From Nitrososphaeria archaeon (lineage in GTDB: Archaea; Thermoproteota; Nitrososphaeria; JACIWG01), in the NCBI GenBank assembly GCA_963752255.1, contig CAVVXT010000012.1:32001-96000 (forward strand): 64,000 nt of DNA, read 5' to 3'. The notes beneath the pieces were generated by a model that was given only the letters and a program-made list of their open reading frames with translations, was not told the origin of the DNA and made no database searches. How positions within the stretch are numbered: the stretch's first letter is position 1; each line of letters opens with the position of its first letter. Below are positions 20,393 through 30,204 of the stretch, one piece after another. Made by a program: the position numbers and the translations under genes.

Positions 20393-21583
20393 TTATTGTC
20401 TTTTTTGAAACTTATTTGAATCAATGGCATTTTTATACAATTGTTCGAGTCTATTTACTATCTTTACTATGTCAAAGTTCTTTTTGACGAAGTCTCTACC
20501 ACTGGAACCCATTTTCTTGCTTTTGTTTTCATCCTTTAATAGTGATAATATTCTTATTGACAACATTTCGATGTTTCCAAGTTCCACTAAGTAACCAGTT
20601 ATGCCATCAACTACGAAATCTTTTACTCCCCCGATTCCAGAAGTAACTACCGGTTTACCGCAAGCACATGCTTCGAGCAGACTAATTCCAAATGCTTCAT
20701 ACCTAGATGGTGATGCATAGATATCTGCATCCACATAGGCTTCAAGTTTTTCTTTATCGTAAAGTGGGCCAGTTAACAGAACTCTATTTTCTAATCCCAG
20801 TTTGTTAATTAAGTGTTTTATCTCATTCAAATAGCTGTCATCTGGTCCAACTAGGACAAGTAATGCATTATCAACTTTCATTCCATTTATTAAGTTCGCA
20901 TAAGCTTTTATTAAATAATCTATTCCTTTGATCTGATGTAGCCTTCCGAGATAGAGTATTATTTTGCTGTTTTCAGATAATCCATATTTTTCTCTAAAAA
21001 ACCCTCTTTGCGGAAGATTTGCATATTCTTCTAAATTTATGCCGTTAGGAACGATTTCTATTTTCTCTTTAGGCACACCAAACCTTAGATACTGTTTTAA
21101 CTCCATTTGACTAAGTGCTATAACCTTTGAGGCATCTTTCAGTATGTTATATCCAAATAGCAAGTCGTAGATCCACTTGAACTTTGTTTTTGCTGCGATT
21201 CTTGGGAGAGATCCATGAACCTGTAAGATGTATGGAACATGACACTTTTTGGCGTAATGGTGGACAATAATATCTTGAAATTGACGCCATGAGTGGAGAT
21301 GTATAATATCAAAGTCTCGAATATTTTCAATTAGAGCTCTTTCCATGGTGGGCGATATGTTTAAGTAACTAGCTGTAAAGACTCTTGGAAAATATACAGT
21401 TTGATAGCCGTCTGACTTAACTTCAAATGGTAAATTTCGAGAATCGTGTTCCTTATCTTTGGCGCTTGTTGTGTAAATTGTAACTTCATGCCTCTTTGAG
21501 AGCTCTTTAGAAATTGCGCGCACGCTTGAAACAGGACCACCTGATGCAGCGTAGAAAACTGGTATCACCTGGAGTATTTTCAT
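20393..21583 (-). CDS. GT4 glycosyltransferase
   Basis: SGGP, LGRLHQIKG, SPSRYEAFGISLLEA. Confidence 0.93.
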   Translation of the reverse strand: MKILQVIPVFYAASGGPVSSVRAISKELSKRHEVTIYTTSAKDKEHDSRNLPFEVKSDGYQTVYFPRVFTASYLNISPTMERALIENIRDFDIIHLHSWRQFQDIIVHHYAKKCHVPYILQVHGSLPRIAAKTKFKWIYDLLFGYNILKDASKVIALSQMELKQYLRFGVPKEKIEIVPNGINLEEYANLPQRGFFREKYGLSENSKIILYLGRLHQIKGIDYLIKAYANLINGMKVDNALLVLVGPDDSYLNEIKHLINKLGLENRVLLTGPLYDKEKLEAYVDADIYASPSRYEAFGISLLEACACGKPVVTSGIGGVKDFVVDGITGYLVELGNIEMLSIRILSLLKDENKSKKMGSSGRDFVKKNFDIVKIVNRLEQLYKNAIDSNKFQKRQ

Positions 21584-21587
21584 GATC

Positions 21588-22080
21588 CTACCTTTTAATT
21601 CCTCTTACGTGGAGACAATCAGGAATAAATGGGATACCTTTGTAACCTTTGATTAGCCTTCTCACATTCTTTATTCCACAAGATTCTAGCAGACTCTTTA
21701 GGAGACCGTAAGAAAAACCACACCTGTGATAATCATCTAAACGGGTCTGCCCTCCATAGATATTTTTCACATTCATCCATGTTGGGCTTAAAAAGAAAAG
21801 AAACGCCCTCGCACGGAGGTCAGGGCAACGTATTTCAAATGTTCCACCATTCTTTAGCACACGAATCCATTCAACCAACAAATCATTGACTTCGGTATGA
21901 CTGAAATGCTCAATAATGTGACTTGAAAAAACGTATTCAAATGATTCGTTCCTAAATGGAAGCATTCGAGCATCAGCTATGACATCCACAGAGTCAGTTC
22001 TTCTAATGTCAAGGCCTACTGTACCTTGCTCTTTATTCTCCCCGCATCCAATGTCTAGTCCGAGTGTGTTCGTATGTAAT
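21588..22080 (-). CDS. Class I SAM methyltransferase (type 11), frameshift near 22040
   Basis: ORF 21588..21989 has SSHIIEH and RVLKNGG. Motif I (LGLDIGCG) lies upstream in an adjacent frame; the start is uncertain. Confidence 0.8.
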
Positions 22081-22137
22081 CCCTACGAAAAAATTATGCT
22101 GGAAACTCTGTTAATCAGAATTCGGAACCTATTCGTT

Positions 22138-23238
22138 CTATGAGCATTCATCAAGTAATACACCAAGGTATTCTTTCCAATTTTCGCCAGAAAAATTCAT
22201 AATAAAGTACTTTCTGCAGTTCTCTGAAAGTTCTCGTATATTCTTTTGGACTTTTCCTATTGCGTTGATCCATTCCTCTGCACTTGCGTTTGAGTTCAGT
22301 AGATAGCCTGTTTTCATTGGGGTGACAAACTCTGGTAGCCCTCCAACGGCACTCGATATTACAGGCGTTCCGTACATATATGATACAAGTATAACTGAAC
22401 TCTGGGTTTCCCTCTTATATGGCACCAAAACTGCATAGCTTCTATTAATTAGGTTACCATATTCCTCGTCACTTATTCTTTCTCCATCGACGATCTTCAA
22501 GTCGACTTCTTTCAAGAACCGCTCATCCCTTACCTTATGACGTGAAATCAGAAGAAACTTAAGGTTCAGCTTCCTGTCCTTTGAATAATTCATTATCTCC
22601 AAAAACTTTTCAGGATTCTTAGCCGGAAGCAGAGGGCCGACAAAAGTAAAGTATTCTCTTTCTTGGGAGGCTGATGACATCCCTCCCAAATCCTCGTACA
22701 TTAGAGGGACCAGCATCTTTTTTCCTGACAGTTTAGGATATTTTAGGTCAAGAAGACGTGATGCTTCATTAGAAGATACTACAGCTACGTCTGCATCTTT
22801 AAGCAGTTTTCCTTGAAAATACTCGAATAAATATAACCAGTACTGGCTGAAGCCTCCGTGAGCATTCTTGTCTTCAACGTAGGGTTCATGAACATGATAG
22901 ATGAATTTACAGCCATGCTTTTTGCATAAGCTCTCGATGTAATGGTTTAGGAAATGGTAGTTTTGCATGTAAAAGCATATTGGTTTATCTTCTACAAAGA
23001 TTTGGGCAATTTTTTTCCTATTCTTCAAACTGGATGCGTCCTTCAACATTGAGAAGATGCCAATAGAATGTCCGATGAAAATTGTCTTATCCTGTATTTC
23101 CTTCGGCAGCAACCATTCATAGGCACCGCTGAAAATATATTTCACGGAATAACCTTCTTTTTCACACGCCTTACCGAAGGCTACAGAATGTGATTTGAAC
23201 ACAGGACTATACTGTAAGCTTCCTACGTAGACTGTCAT
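22138..23238 (-). CDS. GT4 glycosyltransferase
   Basis: PYKRETQSSV, GTPVISSAVGGLPE. Confidence 0.85.
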   Translation of the reverse strand: MTVYVGSLQYSPVFKSHSVAFGKACEKEGYSVKYIFSGAYEWLLPKEIQDKTIFIGHSIGIFSMLKDASSLKNRKKIAQIFVEDKPICFYMQNYHFLNHYIESLCKKHGCKFIYHVHEPYVEDKNAHGGFSQYWLYLFEYFQGKLLKDADVAVVSSNEASRLLDLKYPKLSGKKMLVPLMYEDLGGMSSASQEREYFTFVGPLLPAKNPEKFLEIMNYSKDRKLNLKFLLISRHKVRDERFLKEVDLKIVDGERISDEEYGNLINRSYAVLVPYKRETQSSVILVSYMYGTPVISSAVGGLPEFVTPMKTGYLLNSNASAEEWINAIGKVQKNIRELSENCRKYFIMNFSGENWKEYLGVLLDECS

Positions 23239-23247
23239 AGAATCCTG

Positions 23248-24471
23248 TCACTTCCTTTCTAAAATGTCCTTTACGTTTGAACCTATATTGCTCAACGTTA
23301 ACCCTTGTTCAACTGCTTTTCTCCCATTCCTTCCCAACGAATCCCCCCTTTCCCTATTCTTGTATATGTAAAGGACGGCTTTAGCTAGCGCCCTATGGTC
23401 ACCGGGTCTGATGACTATGCCCGATTTTGTACGCTGCACGTATCGTCCGGATTCTCCACTTGAGCAACATATTATAGGTCTCCCTGACGCTTGATACTCG
23501 TATAACTTTGAAGATAATCCCTTTTCCACGTTCTCTAATCCACTTAGGGGTAATAGGAGTGCATCTGCGCCAGCCATCAGTTTTGCGACTTCCTCTCTCG
23601 GGACAATCTTTTCTGTGAGCATAACGTTACTGAGCCCCATTTCTCCGATTTCCTTCGCAAGGTTTGAGGCCATTTCTCCGCCTCCCTGCAGAAATATCCT
23701 TATCTTCACTTCCCCTTCTAACAACTTCGCCGCCTTGAGTATTTGCTCGAAATTGTAGGCTGGTGAAAAGGCTCCAACATAGAGAACCTTGAACATACCA
23801 TCGGGAACGGGTTGGGGGGTGAAAGAAAAAGTATCTAGGTCAACTCCAGCTGGAACAACCGTCACTTTGTTCCTCCTAATGTGATATTTGCCTGTTATCG
23901 TGTCAGTGTAAGATGAGCTTATCAGAGTTATGTTATCCGCTGACAAGTATGCGATCTTAGCTATGAAACCGGCAAGTCTCCGAAAGAAGCCGGATTCCAG
24001 CACGCCTACGTCTTCAATCGCCTCCGGCCACAGGTCGTTGACGTCGAGTATGATGGGACACCAATTAAGACACTTGTATACAAGGGCTGGAAAGATGGAC
24101 AGAATATTGGGATATGAAGCAAAGACTCCATTCAACTTTCCCGTAAAGAATAGGCCAAAAGTCGAAGAAACAGCGAATGAAATAGAAAGGATGAACCTAT
24201 TTGCGAATCCCTTTGAAGCCAAAGGCGGCACAAAAGTCCTTATGACCCTGATCTTTCCAATGTTCTCGATGACAAGGGGCTTTCCCCTGTAATTCTTCGG
24301 TATGTTTCCCGTCGGATAATGCGGCAAACCTGCGACGACCGTTACCTTGACATCATTCGCCACCAAGCCTTTTGCAACATTGTAAACTCGTGTGGCGCTT
24401 CCACCCATGTCCGGTGGAAAGATCTGGGAAATTAATAGGACGTGCAATCTAGAAGGTGGCACACGATTCAA
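23248..24471 (-). CDS. GT4 glycosyltransferase (WbuB-like)
   Basis: FPPDMGG, PHYPTG, DLWPE, SKLYEYQASGRP. Confidence 0.92.
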   Translation of the reverse strand: MNRVPPSRLHVLLISQIFPPDMGGSATRVYNVAKGLVANDVKVTVVAGLPHYPTGNIPKNYRGKPLVIENIGKIRVIRTFVPPLASKGFANRFILSISFAVSSTFGLFFTGKLNGVFASYPNILSIFPALVYKCLNWCPIILDVNDLWPEAIEDVGVLESGFFRRLAGFIAKIAYLSADNITLISSSYTDTITGKYHIRRNKVTVVPAGVDLDTFSFTPQPVPDGMFKVLYVGAFSPAYNFEQILKAAKLLEGEVKIRIFLQGGGEMASNLAKEIGEMGLSNVMLTEKIVPREEVAKLMAGADALLLPLSGLENVEKGLSSKLYEYQASGRPIICCSSGESGRYVQRTKSGIVIRPGDHRALAKAVLYIYKNRERGDSLGRNGRKAVEQGLTLSNIGSNVKDILERK

Positions 24472-25459
24472 TATTCTTCCAGTTTTCAGCGAACCATCGT
24501 TGCACTGACTTTAGTCCTTCTTTGAATTGTGTCTTAGGCTCGTATTCAAGAACTCTTTTAGCCTTTCCAATAGAGGCGAGCAATCTTTTCTTCTTGTCCC
24601 AATCCCTTCTCTCCTTGTAAACGATGCCCGAAGTGTTTCCGGTCAATTCGTTGACCTTTTCTGCAAGGTCTATTATCCTTATCTCCCTCCCTGTTGCAAG
24701 GTTAAACGCCTCTCCAACCGCCTTATCATTATAGGCCATTGAGAGAAGACCTGAAACGATGTCTCCAACGTACGTGAAATCCCTTGTCTCCTCACCTGTT
24801 CCTGTAATAGGAAGGGGCAACCCTTTCATAGCCCAGAAGAAGAAGTTCGGTATCACGTTTCTATATTTTCCCGGAACCTCTCCAGGTCCATAAGAATTGA
24901 AGAATCTTGCGTTTACGATCGGAAGGCCGTAGAGGTTGTAAAAGTAATTAGTGTAAAGTTCCCCAAGCATCTTTGTAACCTGATACGGCGTATACAGGCT
25001 AAGCGAAACATCGTCCTCTTCAAATGGCATCTGCGAATCTAAACCGTAAATGCCACAGCCCGATGAAGCGTAGATGAACCTCTCCATTCCAAAACGGTGC
25101 GCGCGTTCGAGGACCTTGAGCGTCCCCATCCCGTTCACCATCAGGTCAACTTCTGGGTTGTCGACTGAATTTTGGTTTGCAAAGTGCGCTGCCAAGTGAT
25201 AGACCAGTTGTGGCCTTCCCTTGAAAGCTAGCTCCAGTTTATCGTCATCGAGGACACTCCCTTTAATGAGCTTTATCTTCGGTCCCATAGGAACATTCCA
25301 TTCAAATGAGGAGGAAAGGTCATCTAAAATGATTATTTCTTTTGTTTCAAGTTCATTCAACTTCCTTACCAAATTTGTTCCAATGGACCCTGCACCGCCT
25401 GTTACAAGAACCTTTTTCCCCTCCAACGCACTGAAAACTTCTTCCTTCAATTTAATCAC
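24449..25459 (-). CDS. NAD-dependent epimerase/dehydratase (extended SDR)
   Basis: TGGAGSIG, YQVTK, RFFNSYGP, TRDFTYV. Confidence 0.93.
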   Translation of the reverse strand: MIKLKEEVFSALEGKKVLVTGGAGSIGTNLVRKLNELETKEIIILDDLSSSFEWNVPMGPKIKLIKGSVLDDDKLELAFKGRPQLVYHLAAHFANQNSVDNPEVDLMVNGMGTLKVLERAHRFGMERFIYASSGCGIYGLDSQMPFEEDDVSLSLYTPYQVTKMLGELYTNYFYNLYGLPIVNARFFNSYGPGEVPGKYRNVIPNFFFWAMKGLPLPITGTGEETRDFTYVGDIVSGLLSMAYNDKAVGEAFNLATGREIRIIDLAEKVNELTGNTSGIVYKERRDWDKKKRLLASIGKAKRVLEYEPKTQFKEGLKSVQRWFAENWKNIESCATF

Positions 25460-26405
25460 TTATCCTATAGTACCATTTCATCCATTTGACGGTCCTTTTG
25501 ATGCCTTCCTCTGGGGAAACCTTTGGATCGTGCTTAAGGTCACGCACTGCTTTTGAGCAGTCTATCTTCTTGACGTTAGTCGTAAATGGCTCAGACTTCT
25601 TATAGGTGACCAGAGAGTCATCCCTTCCGACAGTCCTGAGGATTATGTCCGAATATTCCTTGATTTCCTTTTCCCATTCAGGTCTTCCGCCTACGTTGTA
25701 GACTTCTCCTGGAATGAAGTTGTCCACAATGTTGGCGAATGTTCTACAGGAGTCTTCAACATAATCGATTATCCTCCTGTGGCCCTTATAGACAAAGTAG
25801 GGCTTGTTGTAAAGTGCGTGATAAATGAACTTGGGAATGAAGCCGCGGTAAGGTGTATAGTGCTCCCCAGGCCCATAACAGTTGACAGGCCTTACCCTTA
25901 CGGTTTCTGTTTCAAACATCCTTGCCGAGTTAGCGCACATCAGCTCACCTGCCCATTTTGTTATGGCGTAGTCGTTCATCTGATAGGTGTCCTTTATCGG
26001 GTTCTTCACCATGACATCTTCTGACATGATCCCACTGTAGTCTCCATAGACTTCTGCTGAAGAAAAGAAGACCATCTTAAACTTCAACTTCTCCTGCAAC
26101 CGTATCATATGCTTTGTGCCTACAGCATTTGTCGCCCACAGGTTTTCGTAGTAATCTTCGCCATTCCATCTGCCGTACTCTGCGGCGAGGTGATAGACGA
26201 ATTCGAACTTCCATTTTTCAAAAACCCTCTCAATCTGTCTGTAACTTCTAACGTCGGCCCTTACATAACCGTCAACATCTGTGTGATATTGGTCAAGTGC
26301 GACTACATCATGACCCCTCCTTCTAAGTTCATCTACGAGATGTGATCCTATGAAACCTGTTCCGCCTGTCACAAGTATTTTGGCCAAGGTCATATCAGAC
26401 CCCAT
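25452..26405 (-). CDS. NAD-dependent epimerase/dehydratase (extended SDR)
   Basis: TGGTGFIG, SSAEVYG, YAITK, NCYGPGE. Confidence 0.93.
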   Translation of the reverse strand: MGSDMTLAKILVTGGTGFIGSHLVDELRRRGHDVVALDQYHTDVDGYVRADVRSYRQIERVFEKWKFEFVYHLAAEYGRWNGEDYYENLWATNAVGTKHMIRLQEKLKFKMVFFSSAEVYGDYSGIMSEDVMVKNPIKDTYQMNDYAITKWAGELMCANSARMFETETVRVRPVNCYGPGEHYTPYRGFIPKFIYHALYNKPYFVYKGHRRIIDYVEDSCRTFANIVDNFIPGEVYNVGGRPEWEKEIKEYSDIILRTVGRDDSLVTYKKSEPFTTNVKKIDCSKAVRDLKHDPKVSPEEGIKRTVKWMKWYYRISD

Positions 26406-27478
26406 CAGCTGGATGAAGTTATAATTCTTACTATCCTTTCAGCCGCCTTTCCGTCGCCGAAGGGGTTAATCCAATCCCTATTCCTATTCAGCATTATTTC
26501 CGCTCTTTCGAGCATGTTTTTGGGTTCAGTTCCTGCCAAAACATTCGCTCCTACATCTATCGTCTCCGGCCTTTCAGTGTTGTATCTTAACGTTACACAG
26601 GGTACTCTCAGAATACATGCCTCTTCTTGCACGCCTCCGGAATCGGTGAACACAAGCCTTGCGTTGCTCAAAGTGTTGAGAAAAGTTAGGTAGTCCAATG
26701 GTTCTGTGAACTTTAAACTGTCGTTCACCTTTAGGTCGAACTGTATTATCATCTTCTTTGTCCTTGGATGAAGAGGACATATAATTGGAACCTTAAAGCG
26801 CTCCGCAGTTTCCTCCAAACCGATCATTATCTTTCCCAGGTGCTCTTTTACGTCAACGTTCTCTTGTCTGTGAAGTGTAGCGAGAAAATACTCTTCTCTT
26901 TCATTGGCGATTAAAGGGATGCGAAAGTTCTTGGCCATCTCGATGTTCTGCATCATAGCGTCGACTATCGTGTTTCCTGTTAGGAATATATTGTCCTCTT
27001 CAATTCCTTCCTTGAGCAGGTTTTTCTTGGCCTGTTCTGTCGGAGCAAAGAGATAGTCGGAGACGTGATCTGTTAGGACCCGGTTTACTTCTTCCGGCAT
27101 GCTTCTATCGTAGCTACGTAGTCCAGCTTCGACGTGGCCTATCTTAATGTGCAATTTAGAAGCCACCAGTGCTCCAGAAAGTACGCTGTTCGTGTCACCT
27201 TCGACGAGGACTATGTCCGGCTTTTCTTGAACCAAGAGCCCTTCTATTCCGATCAACATTTTTCCAGTTTCTTCCGCATGACTGCCTGAGCCTACCTTCA
27301 AGCTATACCTTGGTTTAGGAATTTTCAGTTGTTCGAAGAACATCCTGTCCATGTTGTGGGAATAGTGTTGGCCCGTATGAATAATAAAATAATCTGAGCT
27401 CAACCGTTCAAATTCTCTGATGATTGGCGACATCTTCACTATTTCTGGTCTGGTGCCAAGGATTATTGCTGCTTTCAC
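26405..27478 (-). CDS. wecB: UDP-N-acetylglucosamine 2-epimerase (non-hydrolysing)
   Basis: GTRPEIVK, HTGQH, HVEAGLRS, DSGGVQEEA, NPFGDG. Confidence 0.96.
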   Translation of the reverse strand: MKAAIILGTRPEIVKMSPIIREFERLSSDYFIIHTGQHYSHNMDRMFFEQLKIPKPRYSLKVGSGSHAEETGKMLIGIEGLLVQEKPDIVLVEGDTNSVLSGALVASKLHIKIGHVEAGLRSYDRSMPEEVNRVLTDHVSDYLFAPTEQAKKNLLKEGIEEDNIFLTGNTIVDAMMQNIEMAKNFRIPLIANEREEYFLATLHRQENVDVKEHLGKIMIGLEETAERFKVPIICPLHPRTKKMIIQFDLKVNDSLKFTEPLDYLTFLNTLSNARLVFTDSGGVQEEACILRVPCVTLRYNTERPETIDVGANVLAGTEPKNMLERAEIMLNRNRDWINPFGDGKAAERIVRIITSSS

Positions 27479-27528
27479 TTTCAGAAATCCTCTGAAGGTT
27501 ACCTGCTATGACCCCTGTTCGTATGCAG

Positions 27529-28443
27529 TTACTGCCTTTCCCTTATGACGCTTATTATGACCCACAGCATTATTGCACAAGTTATCAAGATCAACCCAAA
27601 AACTGTTGTTGCAACTGCCACCAGCGCTACATTGGTCAGAATCGCCCTTGTACTGACATATAGATCGACTGTCCAAAGCCAGAAGTAAACAGAGATCACA
27701 AGAGACGTTAGGCCTGGTACGCCGTAGAAGAGCAGGGGATGCCTTATGGACAGATGTTTTATCGTAGACAGGACTACATCAACCCCATGGTATACCGGAT
27801 TCTGTGCGAGGGGCTTCGAGGGCTCCTTAAAATAGGATGCGATTATCGGGACTTCCTGAACCTTCAATCCATGTTCGCGAGCTTTCATAATTATTTCGGT
27901 ACTAGCTCCCATTCCCATTTCGCCAATATATATCAGTTCCAAAGCCCTCCCGCTATATGCCCTAAAACCTGACTGGGCGTCTGTTAAAGTACAATCTGAA
28001 AGAGTGTTTGAAATCTTCGTTATGGCCTTTATCCCAGACTTCCTGTAGCCTGGAACTTTCTCTTCCCCTCCTTCCATGAACCTTGATCCAACTACGATAT
28101 CCGCTTCCCCACCCACAATCGGAGACACAACCTTAGGTATCTCCTCCGGATCGTGCTGGCCATCGCCGTCCAACGTGACCATCACATCTACTTTGGCTTC
28201 CTTGATATCCCTGAACAGGGTTGCCAACGCTGCCCCATATCCCATGTTCCTTTCATGTCTGATCACCCTAGCTCCAAGCTTCTCCGCTATCTCCGACGTC
28301 ATATCGTTGGAGCCATCGTCACAGACTACGACCCTGTCGACGTGCTTCTGAGCTCCTACAATAACTCTTGCAATGTTCTTTTCTTCATTATATGCCGGGA
28401 TACATGCTACGATAATTGGCTTAGCCTTTTCCATATTTCCCAC
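27529..28443 (-). CDS. GT2 glycosyltransferase (dolichol-phosphate glycosyltransferase-like) with two C-terminal TMs
   Basis: IPAYNEE, DDGSND, DGDGQHDP, DAQSGFRAY. Confidence 0.92.
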   Translation of the reverse strand: MGNMEKAKPIIVACIPAYNEEKNIARVIVGAQKHVDRVVVCDDGSNDMTSEIAEKLGARVIRHERNMGYGAALATLFRDIKEAKVDVMVTLDGDGQHDPEEIPKVVSPIVGGEADIVVGSRFMEGGEEKVPGYRKSGIKAITKISNTLSDCTLTDAQSGFRAYSGRALELIYIGEMGMGASTEIIMKAREHGLKVQEVPIIASYFKEPSKPLAQNPVYHGVDVVLSTIKHLSIRHPLLFYGVPGLTSLVISVYFWLWTVDLYVSTRAILTNVALVAVATTVFGLILITCAIMLWVIISVIRERQ

Positions 28444-28444
28444 T

Positions 28445-28867
28445 TCACATTGTATATGTTTTTGAGCTGCAGAAGACCCCCCACCAGACTACATACGTTT
28501 TCTCCTTAACCCAATTCATGGCTTCAGGATAGCCTAAACTGATGGCGTATTCAGCTATCCTGTAGGCTGGCTTCACTCCCAGGAGATAATTTCTTCGCAT
28601 AAAGGACGTCACTGAAGCTATCCCTTTCGCTATCCTAGCAATTGCCCTCAACAGCTCCAGACTCCTGAAGCTGATCTTTAGGCTTGAACTCAATTCAAGG
28701 ATACCCCGGTCCATGGCTTCCATCTTCTTCCAGATGCCGGCCCTTTTTGCTTTCTTCATCATTTTAATAATTGAAGACCGTATCCTCTGGCTGGTGCTTT
28801 GCTCTTTTGCAGATATTTCTGAAACGCCATACCCGTGTTGGGGTGAAAGTCGATAGGTATTCATCAA
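28445..28867 (-). CDS. Basic hypothetical protein heading the main glycosylation run (paralog of 6671..7081)
   Basis: Clear homology to 6671..7081. Its stop is 1 nt from the GT2 start, with a TATA-like TTCTTATA upstream. Confidence 0.8.
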   Translation of the reverse strand: MMNTYRLSPQHGYGVSEISAKEQSTSQRIRSSIIKMMKKAKRAGIWKKMEAMDRGILELSSSLKISFRSLELLRAIARIAKGIASVTSFMRRNYLLGVKPAYRIAEYAISLGYPEAMNWVKEKTYVVWWGVFCSSKTYTM

Positions 28868-28942
28868 ATTCTAGCCTTGATTACAAGGTTTTCCGTATAA
28901 GAACCTTTTGTTTAAGAAAGAGCATCCAATTCAATTAATTCT

Positions 28943-28990
28943 GAAAAAGAAAAGGTTTAGAGTATTACACATAGCCTAATGTAACACTCT
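28943..28990 (-). terminator. Hairpin plus T-tract downstream of 29001..30047
   Basis: Minus strand AGAGTGTTACAT...GTGTAATACTCT followed by CCTTTTCTTTTT. Confidence 0.6.
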
Positions 28991-29000
28991 TTATTGTATT

Positions 29001-30047
29001 TTAGTACTTGAGCGGCATCATCTTCGGACTAAGTTTCTTGAATGCAAACACTACCGCAACTGCGGCTGAGGACACCGCCAGAACCGCAATCAAAGGCCCT
29101 AGGGCAAGCCAGCCCTCCGGAAGCAGCTCTCCACCAATAGACCTCAACTTGTCGACGAATATACCCGAAAGAACCACATTCACCGTATTGGCAGGATGCC
29201 CAGCGTCATTGTAGACCTGCAGGATAATCGTCAGACCTCCAATCGGAGCTGTGACATTGAATGTCTCAAAGACCCCTTCGTCGAAGGTTGTTCCGCTGAT
29301 CTGCTTCGAGGCGAGAAGCTGAGTTCCGGTTGAATCGTAGATCAGATACTCTTCTGATTGCCTAGATGTGCGCTCGTAATCGTAGGCGTACAGTGACAGA
29401 AGGTATGTCCCTCCAGGAAAGAACAGTGTGAAGTTCATGTAGCCATGCGTTGGGAAAGAGCGTTCGCCACCATCATCCCATGCAGCCAACCTCCACATGT
29501 TCGCCAGTGGGTAGAAGACTGTTCTAGCGTCTGAACCTTGAGATGTTTGAGGACTATTCCAAGCCCATTCGAACGTTGGGTACTGTATCATTACTTTAAT
29601 AGGATCAAAGAAGGTGCCGTTGGTAAAATAGGTTACCTGAGGTGATTGGCTTTGGTATTCATCCCAGTATGATGGGTCTGGCTTCCAGTATGGTAGACCA
29701 GCGATCTGACTTGTTGTCCAATTGTAAGGCGGATTCGGCAAGTTGCTGTAACCTCCTATAGGAACTGAAAAGTTCCCTATAGGTACTTGAGTAAGGTTTA
29801 CGGGCGGGTTCGGCAATATATGTGCGTACGATCCGTACACCCCTATAGGGCTGCCTACGGCACTGGGGTACCAGTTTCCCTTCGTGATGGTATCCTCATG
29901 GACCCATGATACAGGATCATAGGCAGCATGCGCCACACCTAAGATAGAAACAGTGGATAAAGTAAAGAGCAGCAACGTTATCGCTAAACTTGTATACGTT
30001 TTTAAGTTGCTATTCAATTTTATCTGACCCTTAATATAAAATTTCAT
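29001..30047 (-). CDS. Secreted/surface protein with C-terminal GGEL-TM-basic anchor
   Basis: Signal peptide (..VAHA-A), WDDGGER-containing beta-rich domain, tail IGGELLPE + hydrophobic helix + KK. Confidence 0.8.
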   Translation of the reverse strand: MKFYIKGQIKLNSNLKTYTSLAITLLLFTLSTVSILGVAHAAYDPVSWVHEDTITKGNWYPSAVGSPIGVYGSYAHILPNPPVNLTQVPIGNFSVPIGGYSNLPNPPYNWTTSQIAGLPYWKPDPSYWDEYQSQSPQVTYFTNGTFFDPIKVMIQYPTFEWAWNSPQTSQGSDARTVFYPLANMWRLAAWDDGGERSFPTHGYMNFTLFFPGGTYLLSLYAYDYERTSRQSEEYLIYDSTGTQLLASKQISGTTFDEGVFETFNVTAPIGGLTIILQVYNDAGHPANTVNVVLSGIFVDKLRSIGGELLPEGWLALGPLIAVLAVSSAAVAVVFAFKKLSPKMMPLKY

Positions 30048-30172
30048 ATATAAATATTATATGCGTGCCCAGTGAATTTGTCAATAAATGACACTTTTTT
30101 ATGGCATTTTTTCATCTAGTTGAGAATATGAATAATAACAGCCTATTAAGTAATATGCCTTTGATATTATTT

Positions 30173-30198
30173 AAAAAAAGAAAAAAGGGGGTGCCCTT
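30173..30198 (-). terminator. Short hairpin plus long T-tract
   Basis: AAGGG/CCCTT stem followed by T-rich runs, immediately after the stop of the 30205 gene. Confidence 0.6.
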
Positions 30199-30204
30199 AA
30201 GGAT

